Source of the DNA: an uncultured Porphyromonadaceae bacterium
GTDB taxonomy: Bacteria > Bacteroidota > Bacteroidia > Bacteroidales > Barnesiellaceae_A
Direction of reading: 5' to 3'
Assembly (NCBI GenBank): GCA_937891845.1
Contig: CALATP010000026.1
Coordinates: 26,429 to 90,428, forward strand
DNA length: 64,000 nucleotides
Part shown: positions 10,628 to 19,925 of the stretch, one piece after another
How the letters are laid out: each line of letters begins with the position of its first letter
How positions within the stretch are numbered: position 1 is the first letter of the stretch
Made by a program: the position numbers and the translations under genes
The notes under the pieces: model-generated
What the model saw: the letters and a program-made list of their open reading frames with translations, nothing else
The model's database searches: none
What the model was told of the DNA's origin: nothing

Positions 10628-11256
10628 AGCATTTAATTATTATTGGAGCCGGTGGCATGGGTCGTTCTATTTGTTCTATTGCTAAAGGTTGTATTGGTTA
10701 TGATATAGACTTCTCTTTGAAAGGATTTATTGATGACGATTCATTAGCGTTAGAAGATTTTGAAAATTATCCGCCTTATTTAGGAAGTATTAAAGACTAT
10801 GTAATTCAGCCTAATGACGTATTTATTTGTTCAATTGGTAATACTCATACAAAACGTACTGTGTGTGAATACTTAAAAACAAAAGGTGCAAAATTTTATA
10901 CTCTCATTCATAAACTTGCTGTTATAAGGCAAAATGCCAAAATAGGAGAAGGTTCTTTAGTTGCAGAATATGCTTCTGTTGGTGTTGATGCCATTGTTGG
11001 AGAAAACTCATTGGTACAATCTTTTGCAACAGTAGCTCACGATTGTCGAATTGGCGACTATGTGCGAATAGATACGCATTGTACTTGTGTGGGAGGTGTA
11101 ATTGTAGAAGATAATGCAATGATTCATACCGGTGCAATCATTAGTCACAATGTTGTTGTTGGTAAAGATGCTCATGTCGGAGCTGGAAGTTTTGTAATAA
11201 AGAAAGTAAAAGCGGGAACAACTGTTTTTGGTAGCCCTGCTAGATATTTAAAATAA
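10624..11256 (+). CDS. NeuD/PglD-family amino-sugar N-acyltransferase (hexapeptide)
   Basis: LIIIGAGGMGRS Rossmann-like N-domain plus a left-handed beta-helix C-domain. 4-nt overlap with the upstream transferase. Confidence 0.8.
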   Translation: MKHLIIIGAGGMGRSICSIAKGCIGYDIDFSLKGFIDDDSLALEDFENYPPYLGSIKDYVIQPNDVFICSIGNTHTKRTVCEYLKTKGAKFYTLIHKLAVIRQNAKIGEGSLVAEYASVGVDAIVGENSLVQSFATVAHDCRIGDYVRIDTHCTCVGGVIVEDNAMIHTGAIISHNVVVGKDAHVGAGSFVIKKVKAGTTVFGSPARYLK

Positions 11257-11263
11257 AATTAAT

Positions 11264-12199
11264 ATGAAGGCTTTTATATTTCCTGGACAAGGTTGCCAGA
11301 AACAAGGAATGGGAAAAGAATTATATGATAATTTCCCGTTAGCAAAAGAATTGTTTGAGCAGGCAAATGAATACTTCGGTAGAAGAATTTCGGATGTGAT
11401 GTTTTATGGTGATGAAAATGAATTAATGGAAACTATAAACACGCAACCTGCAGTGTTTTTATACGAGGTTATTTTGGCTTCTGTTCAGAAAGAAGTTAAT
11501 CCGGATGTCGTTGCTGGGCATTCTTTAGGAGAGTTTGCTGCTTTGGTTGTTAGTGGTGCTATTAATTTTGAGGATGGACTAAATCTTGTTCTTAACCGCG
11601 CAGTGATAGGACAAAAAGCCTGTGAAAAGCATAAAACAAGTATGGGTGCTGTCATTGGGCTGTCAGATGAATATGTTGCTCGCAGAATAAAAGAAATTTG
11701 GGATGAAACTGGTGAGCCAATTTATTTCGCAAATTATAATGGTCCAGGTCAAGTTGTAATATCCGGATCTAAAAAAGGAGTTAGATTAGCTTGTAAAGCT
11801 TTTATGAAAGAAGGTGCAAAGAAGGCTGTCCCTCTATTAATTGGTGGTAGTTTTCATACACCTTATATGAATGAAGCTCGCGAGGAATTAGGTGTTATTA
11901 TTAAAAATACTGAGTTTAAAACACCTCGTATCCCAATTTATCAATGTGTAGATGCAAAACCTCATACCAATCCTGAGAAAATTAAAGAAAATTTGATACA
12001 ACATATTACCCATCCTGTTTTGTGGACAGATATGACACTTAATATGCAAAGGGATGGAGTAAATGAATTTTATGAAGTTGGTACAGATGATACTTTGCAA
12101 AAGATAGTAGCTCGTATGTGTCCAGAAAAAATAGTAACTTCAATATGGAATATTCCAACCTATAATAATATTAATCCATTAAAAAACAATTCGCTATGA
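11264..12199 (+). CDS. ACP S-malonyltransferase (FabD-like)
   Basis: FPGQGCQKQGMG N-terminus and the GHSLGEFAAL active-site motif. Confidence 0.85.
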   Translation: MKAFIFPGQGCQKQGMGKELYDNFPLAKELFEQANEYFGRRISDVMFYGDENELMETINTQPAVFLYEVILASVQKEVNPDVVAGHSLGEFAALVVSGAINFEDGLNLVLNRAVIGQKACEKHKTSMGAVIGLSDEYVARRIKEIWDETGEPIYFANYNGPGQVVISGSKKGVRLACKAFMKEGAKKAVPLLIGGSFHTPYMNEAREELGVIIKNTEFKTPRIPIYQCVDAKPHTNPEKIKENLIQHITHPVLWTDMTLNMQRDGVNEFYEVGTDDTLQKIVARMCPEKIVTSIWNIPTYNNINPLKNNSL

Positions 12200-12423
12200 C
12201 ATTAGATGATTTTGTACAATTGGTGGCGGAACAATTTGATGATACACCGGCAGAGCAATTTACTGCTGACACAAATTTCCGCTCTTTAGAAGAATGGGGT
12301 TCATTAGTTGCTTTATCTATTATTTCAATGGTAGATGAAGAATTTGAAAAACGTGTTACAGGGGCCGAATTAAAATCTTGTGATACTATAGAGCAACTTT
12401 TTCAACTAATAGAATCTAAGTAA
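12196..12423 (+). CDS. acyl carrier protein
   Basis: 75-aa acidic helical protein with a candidate phosphopantetheine serine (EEWGSLVALSII). 4-nt overlap with the fabD-like gene. Confidence 0.7.
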   Translation: MTLDDFVQLVAEQFDDTPAEQFTADTNFRSLEEWGSLVALSIISMVDEEFEKRVTGAELKSCDTIEQLFQLIESK

Positions 12424-12571
12424 ACCAATTTAGTGTGTCAAAATTATAGTTGTATTTAGTCATATGACTCCAATCTATTAATAGCTTTATATATTTTTGT
12501 TAGTAGTAGTAAATAGGATTTCGAAAGACTAAATATATATAATTTTGATACACCTTTTTATTAATATTATT

Positions 12572-13642
12572 ATGGCATATATAAATATTAAAAATGTAAA
12601 AATTCGAGGAATGGCAGCGTGTGTTCCCGAAAGAGTTGAGGAGAATAGAGATTATCCATTATTGTCAAAGGAAGAAATAGAAAAATATATTTCTGCTACA
12701 GGCGTTGAGCGTCGCCATTGTGCTGTCCACGATGGAAGTATTTGTACTTCTGATTTATGTATGAAAGCTGCAGAGAAGCTTATTGAAGAGTTGAAATGGG
12801 ATAAGTCTGAAATTGATTTGCTCATCTTTGTTTCGCATACAACAGATTATAAACTTCCGGCAACTGCAATTGTACTCCAGGATAAAATGGGGTTATCGAA
12901 AAAATGTTTAGCATTTGATATAACGTTAGGATGTTCTGGATATATGGTAGGAATGGGTGTCATTGGCAATATGATGTCTTCGGGTACTTTTAGAAAAGCC
13001 TTACTGATGGTAGGAAATACGCAATCTGAGTATGCCAGTTTTGAAGATAGAAGTATGTATTTGTTGTTAGGTGATGCTGGCACGGTATCTGCGTTAGAAT
13101 ATAATCCTAACGAGTATGATGAAATGGACTTTTGTTATATGAGTGATGGTAACGGTCGTAATTTTGTAATACTTCCAGACGGAGGATCGCGTAATCCTGT
13201 TAATGAAAAGTCTTTTATTATGGAAGATTGTGGAGATGGTATTAGACGCTCTCGTTTGCACGAAAAGATGGAAGGTGTTGAAGTCTTTTCATATGCGATG
13301 TCAAATGTTCCCAAATGCTATAAAGAGCTTTTAGAGAGAACAAATCTTCTACCGGAAAATATAGATTATTACCTATTGCATCAAGCAAACAAATTCCTGT
13401 GTGAAAAATTGCGTAAGAAGTTGAATGCTCCTATAGAGAAAGTTCCATATAATATTTCAGAGTTTGGTAATACAAGTGGTGCTACCATCCCTCTGTTAAT
13501 GGTCACTAACTTGGGTAAAGAAATGGGAACGAAACCATTAGAGTTGGCTATGGCTACAATAGGAGTGGGTTTTTCATTGGCGACGGGTCGTATTAAATTA
13601 TCTCAAGGCGATTTTGTTTGTCCTCCATTATTAACATTATAA
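12572..13642 (+). CDS. 3-oxoacyl-ACP synthase III (FabH-like KAS III)
   Basis: Candidate Cys/His/Asn triad contexts (LGCSGYMVG, LLHQANKF, GNTSGATIP). ATG 12572 preferred over the TTG at 12545. Confidence 0.85.
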   Translation: MAYINIKNVKIRGMAACVPERVEENRDYPLLSKEEIEKYISATGVERRHCAVHDGSICTSDLCMKAAEKLIEELKWDKSEIDLLIFVSHTTDYKLPATAIVLQDKMGLSKKCLAFDITLGCSGYMVGMGVIGNMMSSGTFRKALLMVGNTQSEYASFEDRSMYLLLGDAGTVSALEYNPNEYDEMDFCYMSDGNGRNFVILPDGGSRNPVNEKSFIMEDCGDGIRRSRLHEKMEGVEVFSYAMSNVPKCYKELLERTNLLPENIDYYLLHQANKFLCEKLRKKLNAPIEKVPYNISEFGNTSGATIPLLMVTNLGKEMGTKPLELAMATIGVGFSLATGRIKLSQGDFVCPPLLTL

Positions 13643-13653
13643 AATTTAAGAAG

Positions 13654-14397
13654 ATGTATAATCCTTTTTCATTAGAAGGTAAAACAATTTTGGTTACTGG
13701 CGCATCTTCCGGATTAGGGAAAGGTATTGCTATTGATTGTTCTAAAATGGGTGCTAATGTCTATATTACTGCTCGAAATGAGGAACGATTAAAAGAAACA
13801 CTTGCTTTGATGGATGGTGTAGAAAATAGACATATAATTGCTGATATGTCTACTGAAAAAGATATTGATTTAATTGTTGATTCTTTACCAATAGTTGATG
13901 GTGTTGTATTATGTGCTGGAATTATTAAAACGATGCCTGTGAAAAATATTACAGATAGTGCTGTTCAAGAGATATTTGATGTTAATATAATGTCGAATAT
14001 AAAGCTTTTAAGTCGTTTGCTAAAAAAGAAAAAATTATCGAGGGGGGCATCTGTAGTTTTTATTTCATCTGTATCAACGTTTAATGTTAAAGTTGGTAAT
14101 TCTTTATATTCTGGAACGAAAGGAGCTGTTAACTCGTTTGCTAAAGCGATGGCGTTAGAAGTTGCGAAACAAAATATGAGAGTAAATTGTATTCAGCCTG
14201 GTTTTGTACCATCAAAGATATTGGATAATAGTGGTATTGAGTCTGATGATATTTTAAATTGGTATAAAGAGCGCCATCCGCTTGGTTTTGGTACACCATC
14301 AGATATAGCTAATGGTTGTATATATCTTTTGTCTGATGCGTCTCGGTGGGTTACTGGTAGTATATTTACCATTGATGGTGGTTATACTTTGCAATAA
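13654..14397 (+). CDS. SDR-family oxidoreductase (FabG-like 3-oxoacyl reductase)
   Basis: TGASSGLGKG cofactor motif and the YSGTKGAV (YxxxK) catalytic motif. Confidence 0.85.
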   Translation: MYNPFSLEGKTILVTGASSGLGKGIAIDCSKMGANVYITARNEERLKETLALMDGVENRHIIADMSTEKDIDLIVDSLPIVDGVVLCAGIIKTMPVKNITDSAVQEIFDVNIMSNIKLLSRLLKKKKLSRGASVVFISSVSTFNVKVGNSLYSGTKGAVNSFAKAMALEVAKQNMRVNCIQPGFVPSKILDNSGIESDDILNWYKERHPLGFGTPSDIANGCIYLLSDASRWVTGSIFTIDGGYTLQ

Positions 14398-15035
14398 TGA
14401 AAGTTGAAAGAATCATAAATTCACCTCTCCCATCAAATGCATACGTTATTTGGAATGAGAGTAATCGTCAGTGTATCATAATAGACCCAGGAACACCTCA
14501 CCCATATAAAATAATAGATTTATGTGATAAATTTAATTTAAAACCTGAGGCTATTATATTGACTCATTTTCATTTTGATCATGTTTGGGGGGCTAATTGT
14601 TTAAGAGAAAAATATGACTGCTCAATAATTTGTTCTCAAAGGTGTGCAGAAAAACTAATGATACCACAAAACTATTTTAATTTATTATATTTTAATGATG
14701 AATCTATGTTTTCCATTGAGAATATAGATGTAATTATAAATGATAATATTGAGATGGATATTGCCGGTATTATGCTTAAATTTCTTATGACACCAGGACA
14801 TACAGATTGTTCATTATGCATTTGTATTGATAATATGATTTTTACAGGAGATACTATTATGAATGGTTATAAGCCTATAATAAAGGCTAAACATGGTGGT
14901 AGTAAAGAAGACTTTAGTAATACTTTGAAAGAATTTTTTATGAGCCAAGATTTAAATAGTATAATATACCCGGGACATGATGATTGTTTTGTATTGTCTG
15001 AAGTGAAAAGTTTTTATGAAATATATATAAAATAA
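14397..15035 (+). CDS. MBL-fold metallo-hydrolase
   Basis: HFHFDHVWG (HxHxDH) plus downstream TPGHT and GHDD. Start overlaps the stop of the SDR gene. Confidence 0.8.
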   Translation: MKVERIINSPLPSNAYVIWNESNRQCIIIDPGTPHPYKIIDLCDKFNLKPEAIILTHFHFDHVWGANCLREKYDCSIICSQRCAEKLMIPQNYFNLLYFNDESMFSIENIDVIINDNIEMDIAGIMLKFLMTPGHTDCSLCICIDNMIFTGDTIMNGYKPIIKAKHGGSKEDFSNTLKEFFMSQDLNSIIYPGHDDCFVLSEVKSFYEIYIK

Positions 15036-15041
15036 AGCTTT

Positions 15042-16286
15042 ATGCAAAATCGCATCTATCTCTGCCTTGCGCATATGAGTGGCAATGAGCAGAAGTTTAT
15101 ACAAGAGGCCTTTGATACCAATTGGGTTGTGCCTCTAGGTCCTAATGTTAATGGTTTTGAGGCCGATCTTGAGGCCTTTGTCGGTCAAGACAAGAAGGTT
15201 GTTGCTCTTTCGGCCGGTACAGCGGCTGTGCATCTTGCGCTTATTGCGTGCGGGGTAGGACAGGGCGATGAGGTTATATGTCAGTCATTTACCTTCTGTG
15301 CTTCGGCCAATCCTATTACCTATCTCGGTGCAACTCCGGTTTTTGTCGATTCCGAGCGTGACACCTGGAACATCGATCCCGTTTTGCTCGAAGAGGCTAT
15401 TGTAGACCGCATCGCCAAGACAGGACGTAAGCCCAAAGCCATCATACCCGTCTATCTTTACGGTATGCCCGCCAAGATTGATGAGATTATGGCCATAGCC
15501 AACAAGTACGACATTCCTGTCATTGAGGATGCCGCCGAAGGCTTTGGTTCGCGCTACAAAGGACAAGTTTGTGGCACATTTGGTAAGTATGGCATCTTAT
15601 CGTTCAATGGCAACAAGATGATTACCACATCAGGTGGTGGAGCAATGATATGTCCCGACGATGCTGCCAAACGCGAAATTATGTTCTTTGCCACACAAGC
15701 TCGCGAGGCATATCCCTACTATCAGCACGAGCACATTGGGTACAATTATCGTATGAGTAACATTTGTGCCGGTATTGGTCGCGGACAGATGACTGTGGCC
15801 GACGAACACATCGAGCATCATCGTCACGTATGTAATCTATACAAGGAGTTGCTGGCCGATGTCGAGGGCATCACACTACACGAAAATCCGTCACCCGACT
15901 TCGATAGTAACTATTGGCTCAACACCATTTTGTTGCATCCTGCATTGCGTGTCAAAGGTCAGGAAAATGCATATAAGGCTGCTATACAAGGTGCAGTAGG
16001 TGGAGCTGCCGGTGTCACACACGAAGCATCTTCGCTACACACCGATTGCGAACCCAATGCCAACGTTGAGGCTATGCGTATTGCTCTCGATGCAGCCGGT
16101 ATCGAGGCACGCCCTTTATGGAAACCAATGCACCGTCAACCGGTTTTTGCCACTGCACCGGCCTATGTGAATGGTGTGAGCGAAGACCTTTTTGCCCAAG
16201 GTCTCTGTTTGCCCAGTGGCCCCTGCGTTACCGACGACGATGTTCGTTACGTCGTAGAGCAAATCAAGGCAAATATCGTTCGATAA
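15042..16286 (+). CDS. DegT/DnrJ/EryC1/StrS-family PLP-dependent sugar aminotransferase
   Basis: N-terminal MSGNEQKFIQEAFDTNWV and FNGNKMITTSGGG (catalytic Lys). Clearly higher GC than the genes upstream. Confidence 0.85.
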   Translation: MQNRIYLCLAHMSGNEQKFIQEAFDTNWVVPLGPNVNGFEADLEAFVGQDKKVVALSAGTAAVHLALIACGVGQGDEVICQSFTFCASANPITYLGATPVFVDSERDTWNIDPVLLEEAIVDRIAKTGRKPKAIIPVYLYGMPAKIDEIMAIANKYDIPVIEDAAEGFGSRYKGQVCGTFGKYGILSFNGNKMITTSGGGAMICPDDAAKREIMFFATQAREAYPYYQHEHIGYNYRMSNICAGIGRGQMTVADEHIEHHRHVCNLYKELLADVEGITLHENPSPDFDSNYWLNTILLHPALRVKGQENAYKAAIQGAVGGAAGVTHEASSLHTDCEPNANVEAMRIALDAAGIEARPLWKPMHRQPVFATAPAYVNGVSEDLFAQGLCLPSGPCVTDDDVRYVVEQIKANIVR

Positions 16287-16311
16287 GTTTTTATTTCTGA
16301 ATAGTTATTGT

Positions 16312-16348
16312 GAGGCTGAGTCAAAATGATAAATTTTGGCGCAGCCTC
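16312..16348 (+). terminator. hairpin downstream of the polysaccharide operon
   Basis: gaggctgagtcaaaat / attttggcgcagcctc nearly continuous stem (one mismatch, one wobble) with a 5-nt loop. Sits 26 nt after the stop at 16286 and is followed by tcttatt. Confidence 0.5.
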
Positions 16349-16692
16349 TCTTATTATGTAAAAAAATACTTAATACAAAGTTTGGATATTAAGGCCAAAG
16401 AAGTGCAACGTTGCGCCGGTCTGTGTCATAACATCAATAACAACGAAATATTTTGCCAATTGTCATTCACAGCTGTTTTTAATATTACGATAATTCACAA
16501 TCACAATGCTCACTCCCAGCAATACACAATAGTCTAAATATCACAAAGAGTCAGCGCATATCACATTTTATACATCATCCCATTTCTTAATTTAAGTTAC
16601 CGATTGGCCAAAAACTTTTTACTTCGTTTCGTTATCCGCAAAACTCTCTGTATCTTTACACTCGATTTCAGAAAAAGACCTTTTTTATCATT

Positions 16693-17247
16693 ATGACACC
16701 CATATATAACGAAGAGATTGTCATCGAGAAACTGCAAAATCCGCGCACTGCACGTGAGGCTTTCGGACAGGTTGTCGAGCATTATGGCGAGCGCATTTAT
16801 TGGCAGATTCGTAAGATGGTTGTTTCGCACGAAGATGCCGATGACCTCTTACAGAACACCTTCCTCAAAGCCTGGAACAGCATCGAATTCTTTCGCGGCG
16901 AGGCTCGTCTATCTACTTGGCTCTACCGTATTGCTGTCAACGAGACCATCACTTTCCTCAATCGCGAGCGGCAACGCAACAACATATCCATCGATAGCGA
17001 CGACAGTTTTCTGCTCAACAACATCGAGGCCGACGAGTGGTTCGATGGTGACGACTTGCAACTACGCTTGCAACGTGCTATTGCGCTATTGCCTGAGAAA
17101 CAACGACTTGTATTCAATATGCGATACTTCGATGAGATGAAATACGAGCAAATTTCCGAAATTCTTGGCACATCGGTAGGAGCGCTTAAAGCATCATACC
17201 ATCACGCGGCCAAAAAAATTGAAGAATATTTGTTATCTCACGATTAA
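16693..17247 (+). CDS. RNA polymerase ECF-type sigma-70 factor
   Basis: Region 2 (DADDLLQNTFLKAW, STWLYRIAVN) and region 4 (LPEKQRLVFNMRYFDEMKYEQISEILGTSVGALKASYHHA). Confidence 0.9.
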   Translation: MTPIYNEEIVIEKLQNPRTAREAFGQVVEHYGERIYWQIRKMVVSHEDADDLLQNTFLKAWNSIEFFRGEARLSTWLYRIAVNETITFLNRERQRNNISIDSDDSFLLNNIEADEWFDGDDLQLRLQRAIALLPEKQRLVFNMRYFDEMKYEQISEILGTSVGALKASYHHAAKKIEEYLLSHD

Positions 17248-17294
17248 ACCATTTATACATTTTGGTGTCAAAGCAATGTAAATACACTCAAAAG

Positions 17295-17657
17295 ATGAAA
17301 AAGAAGGAAGATATACTACAACAAATAGGCGGCAAATCGGGATTTAAAGTTCCCGATGGTTACTTCGAGCAGCTATCTTCGCGCATTACCGAGCAGTTGC
17401 CCGAGCGCGAAATTCCCGAACCCGAGGTTATTACCACTTGGCAACGTTTGCGCCCATATATCTATATGGCCGCTATGTTTGCCGGTATATGGCTTATGGT
17501 ACAAGTTTTTGTAGCTCCTCACGTTCAGCCCGAACAGGCTCTCACTGCCGATGCTCAGGAGGCCACAACCGAGATGGATGAAGAGTTAGAAGACTATCTC
17601 ATCTATTCGATGGACGAGTACACAATCTTCGAGACGCTTTATGCCGATAGCGAATAA
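17295..17657 (+). CDS. putative anti-sigma factor / single-pass membrane protein
   Basis: About 120 aa with one central hydrophobic helix (YIYMAAMFAGIWLMVQVFV). Immediately downstream of the ECF sigma gene. The function is assigned from position only. Confidence 0.45.
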   Translation: MKKKEDILQQIGGKSGFKVPDGYFEQLSSRITEQLPEREIPEPEVITTWQRLRPYIYMAAMFAGIWLMVQVFVAPHVQPEQALTADAQEATTEMDEELEDYLIYSMDEYTIFETLYADSE

Positions 17658-17681
17658 CAAACAAAATAATACAATAGCATT

Positions 17682-18140
17682 ATGAAAAAATACATAGCAC
17701 TTATCATTTTCTCCATCGCATTGCTCACTCCCATTACCTCGATGGCACAACGTGGCGATGATCGTTCTGCGGCACGTCATCAACGTTGGGAACAATTCCG
17801 ACAAGAAAAGCACGAGTTCTATGCTCGTATGTTGGAGCTTACCGACGAGCAAGCCGCTCAATTCTTCCCACTTTTCGACGAGATGGAGAAGAAGAAGTTT
17901 GAAGCTGCTCGTGAAGTTCGTCGCGAAGCTCGCACCATTTCCGAGAGTGAAAACGTTACCGACGAGCAGTACAAAGCAGCTGCCGACCGTGCCGCCGCTC
18001 TTGCCGCGCGTGAATTGGCTATCGAGAAAGAGTATTACGCCAAGTTCTGCCAGATACTCACCCCTCGCCAGCAGTTCCTATACCACCGCTGTGACCACGA
18101 GTTCCAAAAACATCTCATCAATAAGAAAAAAGGTAAATAA
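17682..18140 (+). CDS. periplasmic LTxxQ-motif (Spy/CpxP-like) protein
   Basis: Signal peptide (ALLTPITSMAQ), helical charged protein with two LTxxQ motifs (LTDEQ, LTPRQ). Confidence 0.6.
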   Translation: MKKYIALIIFSIALLTPITSMAQRGDDRSAARHQRWEQFRQEKHEFYARMLELTDEQAAQFFPLFDEMEKKKFEAAREVRREARTISESENVTDEQYKAAADRAAALAARELAIEKEYYAKFCQILTPRQQFLYHRCDHEFQKHLINKKKGK

Positions 18141-18163
18141 TTACAATCCTAGTCGATTGTCCG

Positions 18164-18197
18164 CGCGGGAGCAACTCTGTCAAGAGTTACTCCCGCG
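18164..18197 (+). terminator. intrinsic terminator-like hairpin
   Basis: cgcgggagcaactct-gtca-agagttactcccgcg (15-bp stem, one mismatch) followed by ttt. Sits 24 nt after the stop at 18140. Confidence 0.6.
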
Positions 18198-18361
18198 TTT
18201 GATATAATCATTTCAATAAAAATACACGTCAACAAATTGTGACCGATTTTACTCCGAAGTATATGGGTAATCTCCACACAAAAAGGCCGTTGCATTGCAA
18301 CAGCCCCTATGCCATTATATTACGTCAAGACGAATATTGCTTCACTATCAATATTACACTC

Positions 18362-18907
18362 TTACTCCTCGGGTCGCACAAAGAACGTAAAGTTCACGCT
18401 GCCATACACCCGATGTTCGGCAAACCATCGATGGCTCGTAAAGTCATTGTTGCGCGAATGCTCAAGTACAAACAAGCCACCCGGGCGCAACAAGCAGTTC
18501 TCATCAAGCACTCGTTGTGGTATACTCTCCAATTGAGGCAAGTCGTAGGGTGGGTCGGCAAAGATAAAGTCATATTGCTCGCCACACGATGCCACAAACT
18601 TCAACACATCTCCTCGCACAATGTTGAGGTTATCATCCCCCAGCATCTTCTGCACCTTAGAGATGAAATTATATTGTGTGGGATGTTTCTCTACGCACAC
18701 CACACGTGGGCACCCGCGTGACAACAGTTCAAAACTTATTGCACCCGTTCCCGCAAACAAGTCCAAGGCATTGGTCTCCTCAAAGTCCAAGCGATTTTCC
18801 AATACATTAAACAAGTTCTCTCTGGCAAAATCGGTCGTAGGTCGTGCCTTTATATTGTTCGGCACATCAAATCTGCGACGGCCATATTTCCCTCTTATAA
18901 TTCGCAT
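18362..18907 (-). CDS. rsmD: 16S rRNA (guanine966-N2)-methyltransferase
   Basis: RIIRGKYGRRR, RPTTDFARENLFN, DLFAGTGAISFE and FADPPY motifs. Confidence 0.85.
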   Translation of the reverse strand: MRIIRGKYGRRRFDVPNNIKARPTTDFARENLFNVLENRLDFEETNALDLFAGTGAISFELLSRGCPRVVCVEKHPTQYNFISKVQKMLGDDNLNIVRGDVLKFVASCGEQYDFIFADPPYDLPQLESIPQRVLDENCLLRPGGLFVLEHSRNNDFTSHRWFAEHRVYGSVNFTFFVRPEE

Positions 18908-19707
18908 AACGATAAAGCTGTTAAGTCAAACGGTATTTGCATCGCGCTACTGCCCAGTACGTGACAGTTCGACGGAAAAATCACAGGAACAACCGTGAGT
19001 ATATAGTTACGCAGTATCGTCGACAGCTCCTTGCGCAACTCTCCATCACCTGCTATATGCACCTCGTCGGCACGTTGATCCAGGCTCAATTGTTTCCACA
19101 CATTCAGCACGTGGTAAGCCACATCATTGGCCGTACGGTAGGCATAGCTGTTGGCCAGCAACAACCCTTCTCGGCTGTAGCATACAACATCTGCACTGCC
19201 ATTATACAAGTGTACATACACTTTGCGCTGATTGCCCATACGACTCTTTCGGTAGAAGTATTCGCACAAAGCCGACAATGGATGCAGTAGAGTAGGGCGG
19301 TCAAAGGTTCTATACACAAAGCGTACCAACTCCTCATTGGCACCCGACAGCATCACAGCTCCCGTATATGGCATTCTGCACTCAACAATGGTCTCATTGC
19401 TTTCGGCATACACACTTTTGTAGTACACACTGTTATCATCGCTGGTGGCCACCTCGCTAGGCACCAGAAGATGATGTTTCGATGGTAAAACCACGTACAC
19501 TCGGCGGAACGATTGCAATAGCACAGCTCGCTCATATACAACCTCCTCGACAGCGCGCGACAGCGAGTCGGTATAGTGCAATGCTATACGTTCGCTCACC
19601 ATCGAGTCATCCTCGGCCGGATGGTAGTACACATAAGTCAACTCATTGTCCGTTATGCGCAACATCAGCACATATTGGCTCGTATCTATTGTTTCACTGC
19701 GTTCCAT
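18895..19707 (-). CDS. DUF3822-family protein
   Basis: 270-aa ORF overlapping the rsmD start by 13 nt. I recall this pairing as common in Bacteroidota, but the family assignment is from memory. Confidence 0.5.
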   Translation of the reverse strand: MERSETIDTSQYVLMLRITDNELTYVYYHPAEDDSMVSERIALHYTDSLSRAVEEVVYERAVLLQSFRRVYVVLPSKHHLLVPSEVATSDDNSVYYKSVYAESNETIVECRMPYTGAVMLSGANEELVRFVYRTFDRPTLLHPLSALCEYFYRKSRMGNQRKVYVHLYNGSADVVCYSREGLLLANSYAYRTANDVAYHVLNVWKQLSLDQRADEVHIAGDGELRKELSTILRNYILTVVPVIFPSNCHVLGSSAMQIPFDLTALSLCEL

Positions 19708-19925
19708 ATTGCAAAGATAATGAAAGGCCGGTGAAGAACAAAATCAACTTACCCCGATTTTTCTCTCATACAACAACACATCGTTTTTCTTTCCCCATAC
19801 GACTTATTCTCATTCCCTGCGCCACCCTTTTTCAATATCCTTACACGCTATTTTTTCCCGACAATCCATTCACAACTCATATCTTTTATCTACTTTTGCA
19901 AGTATATAATATATCCGACGATTTT

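Noticed and set aside
14397-15035. MBL-fold protein as a beta-lactamase resistance gene
   Set aside because: It has no signal peptide and is translationally coupled inside a capsule acyl-modification cassette. The HxHxDH motif alone defines only the broad hydrolase superfamily.
16310-16537. 75-aa ORF in the spacer after the capsule locus
   Set aside because: Its start sits inside the terminator hairpin, its composition is AT-rich and low-complexity, there is no motif, and the spacer more likely holds terminator and promoter signals.
19482-19925. N-terminal 148-aa extension of the helicase ORF (track start 19482)
   Set aside because: The extension overlaps the DUF3822 gene on the opposite strand and then crosses the promoter spacer, which has a TACTTTTG -7 box at 19891-19898. 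The helicase-like sequence begins at ATG 19926.
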